Shown here: positions 47,896-56,265 of the stretch, one piece after another
How the letters are laid out: each line of letters opens with the position of its first letter
Position numbering within the stretch: the stretch's first letter is position 1
Virus record (IMG/VR): IMGVR_UViG_3300002461_000841
Location: 503 to 64,502 of that record
Reading direction: 5' to 3' (one strand)
DNA from: a virus
Length of the DNA stretch: 64,000 nucleotides
Made by a program: the position numbers and the translations under genes
The notes under the pieces: model-generated
Databases searched by the model: none
What the model was told of the DNA's origin: nothing
Seen by the model: only the letters and a program-made list of their open reading frames with translations

Positions 47896-48950
47896 GGGAG
47901 CTGCAAAACCTTTCTGATGTGGGAGCCAACAGCGGTGTAGGAGAAACGTTCCGGGAAGTCGTAGAAGAGGGATTGAGCGGGCCGTGCCGTCGTCGCGCGC
48001 TGCATCGCCAGCGCGAGCTTGGCGTGGTTAACGGTGATCCAAGCGTCGCGGCACGACAGGCCCTGTGGGCGGTGCCCGTCGCAGATGACAAGATCCGGCC
48101 GGCTCTCGACGAGTTGCGCCGACGCGGAGCTCAAGAAGAAGTCGCTGCCGAGGCCCATCGGGGCGATCACGTGTTTGCCCGCGAGCACGGCCTCGAACGC
48201 GGCCAAGCCCCAGGCTTCGCCGTGGCTCGCGGTCACGAAGCAGTCGTGATTGCGCAACGTCGCGTTGCGCCGATCGGGCGGGAAGTCATCGTGTACGACG
48301 CGCAGGGCCGGCAAGTCTGAGGCCCCGATCGCAGCGATCTTGGTCGCATCGTCGAGCTCCTGGCTGTACGCGCCACGCAGGTAGAGCGTGAGCTCGACGG
48401 GGTCTGCGGTCTTGAACGCGGCCGTGTACGCGCACAAGAGCCCGCGCAGATTCTTCCGCGGGGAGCTGTCGCCGCGGTAGTAGAACCGATAGAGGGGGCT
48501 CGGCGTGGCCGGTTGCTGGTGATCGCGGTCTGCATTGTACGCGTGCGGGATCCAGTCCGTGAATGGCTTCGGGCTGGGGGTCGGGCTCCACACATGATCG
48601 AACTTGGCGAGCGCGGCAAGGAGCGCTGGGTCCGTGGGGGTGGCGACGCCCTCCCACGTCGTGTAGACCGCCGTCTCGACGCCATCGAAGCGCGAACTAT
48701 CCATGCGCAGGGATTCCAGCTCGCGCGCGGCGGCGAGTGGCTGCAGATGGATGAGCAGGAGATCCGGCGTGCGCGTCCAGCGATTGAAGTGCGGCGCAAG
48801 CGGGGCTGCGTCGCCTTCCCAGCCTGCCATCGCGCCGTGGCGCCCGATGTCCAGTTCGATGCCGGCGGCGAGGATCGATCGGCACAACCCGGTGCCTGCC
48901 TCGCCGTAGCCTGAGCGCCCGCCAACGTGGCCGTAGTAGCGGATCAGCAC
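47892..48950 (-). CDS. GT-B fold (family 4-like) glycosyltransferase
   Basis: SGYG, RKNLRGLL, DCFVTASHGEAWGLAAFEA; start moved to GTG 48950. Confidence 0.75.
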   Translation of the reverse strand: MLIRYYGHVGGRSGYGEAGTGLCRSILAAGIELDIGRHGAMAGWEGDAAPLAPHFNRWTRTPDLLLIHLQPLAAARELESLRMDSSRFDGVETAVYTTWEGVATPTDPALLAALAKFDHVWSPTPSPKPFTDWIPHAYNADRDHQQPATPSPLYRFYYRGDSSPRKNLRGLLCAYTAAFKTADPVELTLYLRGAYSQELDDATKIAAIGASDLPALRVVHDDFPPDRRNATLRNHDCFVTASHGEAWGLAAFEAVLAGKHVIAPMGLGSDFFLSSASAQLVESRPDLVICDGHRPQGLSCRDAWITVNHAKLALAMQRATTARPAQSLFYDFPERFSYTAVGSHIRKVLQLP

Positions 48951-48954
48951 ACGA

Positions 48955-49773
48955 TCACCACATCTGCTTGCCGGTGGGGTCCGCGAGATCGATGTGCCCG
49001 ACGCGAACGCGCGTGTCGACGGCGAACCGCTTGCCTTTGCGCTTGGCCTTCTCGCAGAAGTAGAGATCCTGCGTGAACCCGACCGGGCCCTTCTCGGGGA
49101 TGATGTCCGAGAGAGTCTGGAACCACGGGCCCTCGATGTCGCGGAACAGGTCCATGCGGTACAGCGAGCAGCCCATCGCGATCCCATTGACCTCGACGAT
49201 GTTGCCGTTCGCGAGCGCGCTGCGGATGTCGCGCGGCCGGAACTCGAGCTCGCCCGTGCGCCGGAAGTGTTCGGGGTCGCCGTACGCCATCGGCATGTTG
49301 AAGTCGCCCTTGGTGAAGTAGAGCCCACCGACGGCATCGAAGCTGCCCGCCTCGATCGCTTCGAGCAGCCGCACGTGGGCGTCGGGCGGCACGAGGTTGT
49401 CGCTCTCGAGCGTCAACACGTACTTCCATTTCGAGAGGTTCGGGTCGGCCAGGATGTTCTTGATCATCTGGTCGTACGCCACCCCGACCTCGTGCCCGAT
49501 GACGTAGAACTTGGCGCGCTTGCCGTTCATCGGCGCGATGAGGCTGTCCCAGGCCTGAACGATGCGCCAATGGAACTTGTGGTCGCGCTCGGGGATGATG
49601 ATGATCGTCGAGTTGTCCTTGTAGGTGGAGCCGGGGATCATCTCGACGCGCTCGAAGCCAAGCATGCGATCGCGCTCCATCGCGGTTTCGATCGCAACCT
49701 TGCCGGTTGCATCGGCGACGGCGCTCGCCGCCGGCAGCGTCACGGACTTCGGGGTAACGTCTTCGTTGGCCAT
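48955..49773 (-). CDS. GT-A fold (family 2-like) glycosyltransferase
   Basis: YVLTLESDN; QDLYFC...VDTRVRVGH; same family as 17929..18630. Confidence 0.7.
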   Translation of the reverse strand: MANEDVTPKSVTLPAASAVADATGKVAIETAMERDRMLGFERVEMIPGSTYKDNSTIIIIPERDHKFHWRIVQAWDSLIAPMNGKRAKFYVIGHEVGVAYDQMIKNILADPNLSKWKYVLTLESDNLVPPDAHVRLLEAIEAGSFDAVGGLYFTKGDFNMPMAYGDPEHFRRTGELEFRPRDIRSALANGNIVEVNGIAMGCSLYRMDLFRDIEGPWFQTLSDIIPEKGPVGFTQDLYFCEKAKRKGKRFAVDTRVRVGHIDLADPTGKQMW

Positions 49774-49852
49774 CGGGGCAGCACCCTAGCGCGTGGGCCT
49801 GACACCAAACGCGCGTTTGCGGGGTGTCTGGGCGATGCGGTACCGTCACCTG

Positions 49853-50170
49853 ATGGAACCCAATCCCTCCTCTTGGACTGATTTCTTCAAGTCGGAGCGC
49901 GGCGTGTTCGCGCTCGCGCTCCTCATCGCGGCCACGGTGCTCGTCGCACTTGGGCACTTCACATCCGAGCAGTGGAAGGAGTTCGCACAGTGGATCGCTG
50001 CCTTCTACCTCGGCGGCAAGAGCCTCACTGGTGCGGCGATGCTCATCGCGAACCGGCCGGTGACCCTCACTGGTGCGGTGATGCCCATCGCGAACCGGCC
50101 GGTGACCCCGACCGTCATCACCAATCCGCCCACCACCAACACCACCACCGTCGTCACCCCGAACGTCTAG
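49853..50170 (+). CDS. Holin-like membrane protein with 14-aa tandem duplication
   Basis: Hydrophobic helices; TACCGT 6 nt before ATG. Confidence 0.5.
   Translation: MEPNPSSWTDFFKSERGVFALALLIAATVLVALGHFTSEQWKEFAQWIAAFYLGGKSLTGAAMLIANRPVTLTGAVMPIANRPVTPTVITNPPTTNTTTVVTPNV
50023..50106 (+). repeat. 42-bp tandem duplication (40/42 identical)
   Basis: 50023-50064 vs 50065-50106. Confidence 0.9.
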
Positions 50171-50182
50171 GAAGGCCCACCC

Positions 50183-50626
50183 ATGAAGCCCCTCAAGTCG
50201 ATCGCCAAGTTCGCCCTCGTCCTCTGCCTGCTCCTCGGTCTGCCCATGTGCGGACCGCCGACGTACGTCGACCCCGTGACCCACGAAGAGATCGCGTGCT
50301 CCGAGCTGCCCGCCGTCACCCTCGAGACGACCATCGCGGAGCTCGCCCAGGTCTACAGCACGAAGGGCTTGCCAGGCGTCTACACGTACGCGCTCGGCAA
50401 GGGCGTCGCTTACGGCGGCTGCGCGCTCGCGTACTTCCTGAATGACCTCCTCACCGTCACCCCCGGCGAGCAACCGCTTTCCGATGCGGAGGCCGTCGCG
50501 GCGCGCAAGACACTCGAGGACGCACGCGCCGAGTTCTTGCGACTCGAACAAGACAAAGCGCTCAAAGCCACGCAGAGCCCGCCGCGTCGGATCATCTGGA
50601 TCGATGCCGAGGGCCACGCGCTGTGA
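50183..50626 (+). CDS. Exported/lipoprotein-like protein
   Basis: Signal-like N-terminus ending ...LGLPMC. Confidence 0.5.
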   Translation: MKPLKSIAKFALVLCLLLGLPMCGPPTYVDPVTHEEIACSELPAVTLETTIAELAQVYSTKGLPGVYTYALGKGVAYGGCALAYFLNDLLTVTPGEQPLSDAEAVAARKTLEDARAEFLRLEQDKALKATQSPPRRIIWIDAEGHAL

Positions 50627-51411
50627 TCTTCGAGGCGCCGCTCGTTGGGCCGCTCGGGGTCTCGCATAGCAAGACGGACTCGCGCACGATCAAGCTCGCC
50701 CAGGTCGCTGTGCGCCGGCCCCTGCGGGCCCCGCCATCGAAAGCGATCTGGGGCGTCCTGCCCACGGGCGGTGTCGTCAAGCGTGGCGAGGCGTACGGCA
50801 ACACCGAGATCGGCAACTGCGTGTTCGCCGAGTGGGGCGGCGTCGACGAGACCGTGTGCGCGCACACCGGAGCGCCGCGCAAGGTCACGCGTGATGTCGC
50901 GATCCAAGGATACTCCGACTACACGAACTACGATCGCGCTACCGGCAAGGGCGACGACGGCTCTTCGATGTACGATGGGATCAAGTGGGCCAAGGCGATC
51001 GGGCTCATCGATGCGTTCGCGCAGATCGAGACGGGCGACGCCGTGCAGTGCAAGGCCGAGATCGAGCTCGCCGTACACTTGACCATGAGCGCCCAGCTCT
51101 CCGTCGCGATGCCGATCGCGTGGCAGTCGCGCAAGGTCTGGGACTCGGCGCCAGCGCAGGGCCGCGATCGGACCTGGGAGTACGGCTCGTGGGGCGGTCA
51201 CGCGATCTCGGTGATCGACTATGACCAGCGCGGGCTCTGGGTCTTCACGTGGGGCGGCGTGAAGTTCATGACGTGGGAAGGCTACCTCTCGTACCGCAAG
51301 AGCGACGCTTACGTCGGCTTCCATCACGCGCTCGCGCGCATGCCCGATGGAAGCCCCACGCCGTGTGGCCTCTACGCATCCGAGATCAAGCGCATCCTCG
51401 CGGGCCTCTGA
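50623..51411 (+). CDS. Papain-like cysteine peptidase (possible endolysin)
   Basis: GNCVFA (Cys), GGHAI (His), FTWG; next to holin-like gene. Confidence 0.6.
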   Translation: MIFEAPLVGPLGVSHSKTDSRTIKLAQVAVRRPLRAPPSKAIWGVLPTGGVVKRGEAYGNTEIGNCVFAEWGGVDETVCAHTGAPRKVTRDVAIQGYSDYTNYDRATGKGDDGSSMYDGIKWAKAIGLIDAFAQIETGDAVQCKAEIELAVHLTMSAQLSVAMPIAWQSRKVWDSAPAQGRDRTWEYGSWGGHAISVIDYDQRGLWVFTWGGVKFMTWEGYLSYRKSDAYVGFHHALARMPDGSPTPCGLYASEIKRILAGL

Positions 51412-51540
51412 TCACAGCCGCAGAATGGGCGGCTGAGCGGGTTTCGCGCGCTTGGGAATGGCCTCGTGATCACGCCCGCAAGCCGTTTGATTTCGCCCCC
51501 CTACCACGTGTACGGTGACAGGTAAGGAGCGAACCAACGC

Positions 51541-51993
51541 ATGGCTATCACCGCAACTCTGGTGGCTGCCGGTAACAACCGGCTCCGCTACCTCCTCTCG
51601 ACGGCAGTCACCACCGCCGACTCGGTCACGATCTCGACCAGCGGCGCGGCGACGCCCGATGTTCGTACCGACTCGCCCGCGGGTCCGATCAAGGCCCTCG
51701 CGCTCGCTGCCGTCAACGGCTACGGGGAGATCGGCCCGGCGAGCATCACCCAGGCGCAGAGCCGGCAGCTCTGGCTGTCGGACAACGGCGATTCGTTCGG
51801 CCCTTCGGTCCGCCCGTCGACGGGCGAGCTCCCGACGGCGCAGTGTACGATCGAAGATCGTACGAGCGGCGCAACGTTCTGGGCCGTCGACGCCAACGTG
51901 TCGGGCGCGAACCCGACGATCGTCGTCAACTCGTTGGGCGCTGCCGGGACGGCGTACCTCGACATCTTCATCCCCGGCGCGATCGGAGCCTAA
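51541..51993 (+). CDS. Beta-rich virion-type protein, paralog 1 of 3
   Basis: TAAGGAG SD; N.LRY, ATPD..TDS.AGPIK, GYG, TQA.AR.LW. Confidence 0.7.
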   Translation: MAITATLVAAGNNRLRYLLSTAVTTADSVTISTSGAATPDVRTDSPAGPIKALALAAVNGYGEIGPASITQAQSRQLWLSDNGDSFGPSVRPSTGELPTAQCTIEDRTSGATFWAVDANVSGANPTIVVNSLGAAGTAYLDIFIPGAIGA

Positions 51994-51996
51994 GTC

Positions 51997-52425
51997 ATGG
52001 CCGTTACCGCTTCCATCGTCTCCATCGGGCACAACCGCCTTCGGTATCGGATCACGCAGGACGGCACCGCCGGCACCACCGTGACCATCACCTCGAGCGG
52101 TGGCGCGACGCCCGACCTCAAGACGGATTCCGTCGCGGGTCCGATCAAGGCGCTCACCAACGCGCCGACGACGGGCTACGGCAGCATCGCCGCTGGCGCG
52201 CTCACTCAGGCCAACGCCCGCACGCTGTGGCAGGCGAACGGCTCGGGCACGAGCCCGTTGCCCTACGCGCGCTGTCAGCTCACCCAGCGCAGCGGAGACC
52301 CCGCGGCTACCTGGGCCGTCGACTCCAACGTGTCGACCGGCATCCCGACGATCGTCGTCACCGCCCCGTCGACGGCGGGCACGGCGTACCTCGACGTCTA
52401 CATCCCTGGCCAGATCGGAGCCTAA
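51997..52425 (+). CDS. Beta-rich virion-type protein, paralog 2 of 3
   Basis: Same motifs; TAAGTCATG junction. Confidence 0.7.
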   Translation: MAVTASIVSIGHNRLRYRITQDGTAGTTVTITSSGGATPDLKTDSVAGPIKALTNAPTTGYGSIAAGALTQANARTLWQANGSGTSPLPYARCQLTQRSGDPAATWAVDSNVSTGIPTIVVTAPSTAGTAYLDVYIPGQIGA

Positions 52426-52428
52426 GTC

Positions 52429-52854
52429 ATGGCGATCACCGCAGCTCTCGTTGCCTCGGGCAACAACTTCCTCCGCTACCTCGTCACGTCCACATCCGGC
52501 GGCGGCGAGGCCGTCACGATTACGTCGACGGGCGCCGCGACGCCGGACCTCCTGACCGACTCCGCCGCGGGGCCGATCAAGAAGATCGCCAGCGTCAAGA
52601 CGGCCGGCTACGGCAAGGTCGCCGCCGGCACCACGATCACGCAGGCGCTCGCGCGGTCGTTGTGGCTCTCGGATGCCGCCGCGACGAACCTGGGCCTGCA
52701 GGGCGCCGCCTGTCGGGTGCAGGATCGCTCGGCGGTCGGCTTCGTCGTCGACGCCGTACAGGGCGTCGACACGGCAACGGCCTCGATCACGGTCACGGCC
52801 GCCAATGCGGGCACGTGCTACGTCGAGGTCGCGTTCGCCGGCGCCATCGGCTAG
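52429..52854 (+). CDS. Beta-rich virion-type protein, paralog 3 of 3
   Basis: Same motifs; TAAGTCATG junction. Confidence 0.7.
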   Translation: MAITAALVASGNNFLRYLVTSTSGGGEAVTITSTGAATPDLLTDSAAGPIKKIASVKTAGYGKVAAGTTITQALARSLWLSDAAATNLGLQGAACRVQDRSAVGFVVDAVQGVDTATASITVTAANAGTCYVEVAFAGAIG

Positions 52855-52880
52855 GCCCCTTCGGCCGGCGGATCACGTAC

Positions 52881-52912
52881 ACGGCCCCGGGCACTCCGGG
52901 GCCGTTGTTCGT
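52881..52912 (+). terminator. Intrinsic terminator between convergent genes
   Basis: ACGGCCCCGG-GCACT-CCGGGGCCGT then TGTTCGTT. Confidence 0.7.
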
Positions 52913-52922
52913 TCAGGCCTCA

Positions 52923-53162
52923 TCACCCGGGCTTCACGGCATGGAGCCATTCCGTCGTGAGCCGTTGCTCGGCTAGGTCACGATCGCGGATCGCCTCGGT
53001 GAGCGCGGCGCGTAGGGTCCCGACCTCGGCGATCAGCGCCGCCCGTTGGGCCTCCCAGCCGATCAACTCCTCGGGGAGCGGTGTCGTCTGCGTTAGCTTC
53101 ACGATCACGGCTAGGAGCTCGTCGCGGCGAATCTCGAGCGCGGCGCAATTCGGGCACGTCAT
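52923..53162 (-). CDS. Small coiled-coil protein with CPNC
   Basis: GAGG SD; heptad pattern. Confidence 0.5.
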   Translation of the reverse strand: MTCPNCAALEIRRDELLAVIVKLTQTTPLPEELIGWEAQRAALIAEVGTLRAALTEAIRDRDLAEQRLTTEWLHAVKPG

Positions 53163-53274
53163 CGGGGTACCTCGATGGTGAAAGGGGCTCGCGAGCGCCG
53201 ATCACGCTCGACCAGCTACGGGCCCGCACACCATGTGCAAGGCATCCGCGCGATCGGCGCTCGCGAGCTAACAG

Positions 53275-53634
53275 CTAGCCGTCGACGGGCGGGGCGTTGA
53301 TCGGGTCCAGTTGGCGCGTACGATCCTCGACGGCGGCCACCCGTGACGACAACAGCGCAACTTGGCTCGCGACACCTTGCACGCGTCCGCCCACCTCGGC
53401 AATCTGCGCCCCGAGCGATGGCGGCCCCCCTAGCACGTCGACGACGCGCGCGAGCTCGGCCTCGCATGCCTGGCAGAATTGCCCGACGTTGGGGACCTGA
53501 TCGACTCCGCTCGCGGCCTCGTATTGCGCGCCACACCACGCGGTGAGGCCCACACTCATGATGCCCGCCTTCGCGGTTCGACGAACAACGCAGCGGGTTC
53601 CGACGGGGACCGCGACCATCGACGGGATCGACAT
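53275..53634 (-). CDS. Hypothetical protein
   Basis: CTGACA-11-TAGAGT, ATG 7 nt later. Confidence 0.5.
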   Translation of the reverse strand: MSIPSMVAVPVGTRCVVRRTAKAGIMSVGLTAWCGAQYEAASGVDQVPNVGQFCQACEAELARVVDVLGGPPSLGAQIAEVGGRVQGVASQVALLSSRVAAVEDRTRQLDPINAPPVDG

Positions 53635-53675
53635 GCCACGCACTCTAGCGCGTGGGGGTGTCAGCGAAGACGCGA

Positions 53676-54026
53676 TCAGCGGATCGGCGTCGGGAACGTA
53701 AACTGCGTGCCCAGCTCGGGCCAGCGCGCAACCGCATCGCTCCATGTCGTCGGCAATTCGCTCGCCGCGTATTGCGCGGCATTGTCCACGATCACGCGTG
53801 CCATCTGCACCGCAAGCGCGCGCGCGAGATCAAACGTGAACTCGTGCCCCGCTTCGCCGAGCATGGTTGCGAGCCCCGCGCGAAGCACATCCGAAATCGA
53901 GACCCCATGAGCCTGGCAGTAGGCCTCCAACTGGATCCGAGTCGCGGTAGGGACCCGACACGCAAGGTAGTGATCCGGCTCCGTACCCCGGGCGGATGGC
54001 CGCTGTAGCTGCGGGCGGATTCCCAT
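53676..54026 (-). CDS. Ribbon-helix-helix (CopG/Arc-like) regulator
   Basis: LACRVPTATRIQLEAYCQAHGVSISDVLRAGL. Confidence 0.6.
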   Translation of the reverse strand: MGIRPQLQRPSARGTEPDHYLACRVPTATRIQLEAYCQAHGVSISDVLRAGLATMLGEAGHEFTFDLARALAVQMARVIVDNAAQYAASELPTTWSDAVARWPELGTQFTFPTPIR

Positions 54027-54088
54027 GGAATTCGGATCAGACTCGCATAACCGTAAAACAATCGCAAACTTACGGGCTTTCCGAGTCT

Positions 54089-54209
54089 TTTCGCATAGTT
54101 ATCCGAGTCATCCGAGCGGCGGGTGTGGCAAGGATTCGACACCTGTTTAACGCATAGTGTCCGAATATCCACACTTTCTACCATGTGATTTCGCATAGTT
54201 ATCCGAGTC
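54089..54209 (+). repeat. Two exact 21-bp direct repeats 100 bp apart in an AT-rich divergent intergenic region
   Basis: TTTCGCATAGTTATCCGAGTC at 54089-54109 and 54189-54209; partial copy near 54151. Confidence 0.9.
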
Positions 54210-54359
54210 CATCCGGTCCGACCGGCAGCTATCCTACCAGATTTCGGCTACTTAGCCGATTGGCCCGGGACTTGGATATTAGGGCACCATGGAATCGAAC
54301 GGTCCGAAAGGCCCGGCCGATTCGACCGACCGACCTACCGACCCAAGGAGCCGATCCGC

Positions 54360-54569
54360 ATGTCTTCCACGTTTGTTCCGGGCAAGCTCAAAAAGCTCCC
54401 CACGCTTTGCACTGCGCAGTGCTGCGATCTCAAGATCGAGAGCGCGAAGCAGCGCGTGTGGTTGTGCCGCGTCAATCACGGGGTGACCGTCGAGCGTTAC
54501 GACGCGCCGAGCGGCCGGTGGGAGATCTACGCCGGTAGCTGCTCCGCCCGCGCGGGGGTGTATCTGTGA
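54360..54569 (+). CDS. Small hypothetical protein
   Basis: AAGGAG SD after ACC(G/T) run. Confidence 0.55.
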   Translation: MSSTFVPGKLKKLPTLCTAQCCDLKIESAKQRVWLCRVNHGVTVERYDAPSGRWEIYAGSCSARAGVYL

Positions 54570-54802
54570 TCGAGCTTAGGAGCAGCTTTCCGAGTGAGCG
54601 CTCGGCGCGCGCGTTTGGTGAGCACGTCTCCGATCGCCTCAATTGCAAACACGCGGTGTCCATACTCGAGGTCAACCGCGAGCCTACTTGCTGGTATCGC
54701 CTCGCGGTTCCCGCGCGGCACATCAAGCGCGCGGAAGAGCTGCGTATCACGTGGGAGGCGGCCATCGCAGCCGTTGGTTCCTCGGAAAGTGAGATCAAGT
54801 AA
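54566..54802 (+). CDS. Small hypothetical protein
   Basis: GTGA overlap. Confidence 0.5.
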   Translation: MIELRSSFPSERSARAFGEHVSDRLNCKHAVSILEVNREPTCWYRLAVPARHIKRAEELRITWEAAIAAVGSSESEIK

Positions 54803-55164
54803 TGCGCGATCGGTATCTGCTTCTGCAACGTGACGGCAAGGTCTACGTGTGTCTCCACACCACGGCCACCGATGAACCCGTCCTGATCTTCCATTGGTGG
54901 CTAACCAAAGCGACCCCAAAGCAAATGGCCGACTACGGCATTGCTGACGGTACCCCGGTCCGCCCGAACAACGATGGCACCTATCAGATCGAGGGGCGCG
55001 GGATCTTCGTCGCGGCCATCAACGGCGGCGCGACGCTCGCCGAGCGCGTCGAGCGCGTCTCGGCCCCAGGACCCGATGCGCGCAAGGTCCGGCGGCGCGC
55101 GGTCCGCTGGTATCAAGGTGGCTGGCAGGTTCTCTCTAAGCGCGAAGGATGGATCGCCCTATGA
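54802..55164 (+). CDS. Hypothetical protein
   Basis: TAATG coupling. Confidence 0.55.
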   Translation: MRDRYLLLQRDGKVYVCLHTTATDEPVLIFHWWLTKATPKQMADYGIADGTPVRPNNDGTYQIEGRGIFVAAINGGATLAERVERVSAPGPDARKVRRRAVRWYQGGWQVLSKREGWIAL

Positions 55165-55346
55165 CGCGCAAGATCACCTATCACGTGGTGCGGCTCGTTG
55201 CACCTAGTGCGTTCTATCCAGACGGCTCGTGTCTAGTGTGCTTTTCGGGCCCGTCGCTGGAACTCGCGACGCAGATCCACGCGCGTGAACTCCGGCAGGG
55301 ATTCGACGCGAATTTGTTGACGCGCATTGCTACCGACGACAACTAG
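55161..55346 (+). CDS. Small hypothetical protein
   Basis: ATGA overlap. Confidence 0.45.
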   Translation: MTRKITYHVVRLVAPSAFYPDGSCLVCFSGPSLELATQIHARELRQGFDANLLTRIATDDN

Positions 55347-55435
55347 CGCGGTTTCGCTCGTCACGCGTGCTCTGGCACGCGAGCCGATCAAAGCCTCGCA
55401 CCGACCGACCAACCGACCGACCGATAGGAGCTTCC

Positions 55436-56014
55436 ATGTCTGATCTCGCTACGCTCGCCGCTGCGGCGGGCATCTCGTCCAAAGCGCTCGCCAAGATCAC
55501 CGCGAATCTCGGCCCCAATGGCCTCGGCACCGCGTCAGAGGCCGAGCTTCGCGCGCATGGCGTCGCACCCGTGCTCGCCAAGCGCCTCTCGGCAGCAATC
55601 GCGCTCGGGCGGACTTGCGTGATCCGTGCGGGGGAGCCCAAAGCGGTGATCGGAATGCCAGCGCTTGCAGCGGCCGAGCTTGCACCGCTGATCGAGGGCC
55701 TACAGCAAGAGCTGTTCTTCACGATCGCCCTCGATGTCCGTAACCGCTTGCTCGGCGTGTTTGAGGTGGCGCGCGGCACGGTGGCTAGTGTCGAGGTCCA
55801 CCCCCGCGAAGTCTTCCGGCCGGCGATCCGCATAGCCGCAGCGGGGATCGTGATCGGGCACAATCATCCGAGCGGGGACCCCACGCCGAGCGCCGAAGAT
55901 ATCGCGCTCACGCACCGCCTCAAAGAGGCGGGGACGATCCTCGGGATCCCGGTGATTGATCACATCGTCATGGGATCCGGTGGCCGCTTTCGTTCGATCG
56001 CGGAGTGCTTCTGA
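55436..56014 (+). CDS. radC: RadC-family JAB-domain protein
   Basis: VHPREVF, HNHPSGDPTPSAED, DHIV. Confidence 0.92.
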   Translation: MSDLATLAAAAGISSKALAKITANLGPNGLGTASEAELRAHGVAPVLAKRLSAAIALGRTCVIRAGEPKAVIGMPALAAAELAPLIEGLQQELFFTIALDVRNRLLGVFEVARGTVASVEVHPREVFRPAIRIAAAGIVIGHNHPSGDPTPSAEDIALTHRLKEAGTILGIPVIDHIVMGSGGRFRSIAECF

Positions 56015-56217
56015 TGCGTACGCTACCATCCACGGGGCGCCCATCAACGCGCGGCAGCGTCGTGCTCACCGTCCGCTTTGACGTGACGGGGTTGACCGCC
56101 GATCAACGCTCGCGGTTCTTAGGCGCGCTGATCGCGCAAGCGGAGGGCCTCGACGACGATCCCGACGGATACCCCGAGCTTCCTTACCTCGACTTCGTGA
56201 TCACTCCAGCCCGCTAG
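56014..56217 (+). CDS. Small hypothetical protein
   Basis: TGATG coupling. Confidence 0.45.
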   Translation: MRTLPSTGRPSTRGSVVLTVRFDVTGLTADQRSRFLGALIAQAEGLDDDPDGYPELPYLDFVITPAR

Positions 56218-56265
56218 CCGATCAACCAACCTACCGACCAACCGACCGCCCAAGGAGCTACCGCC

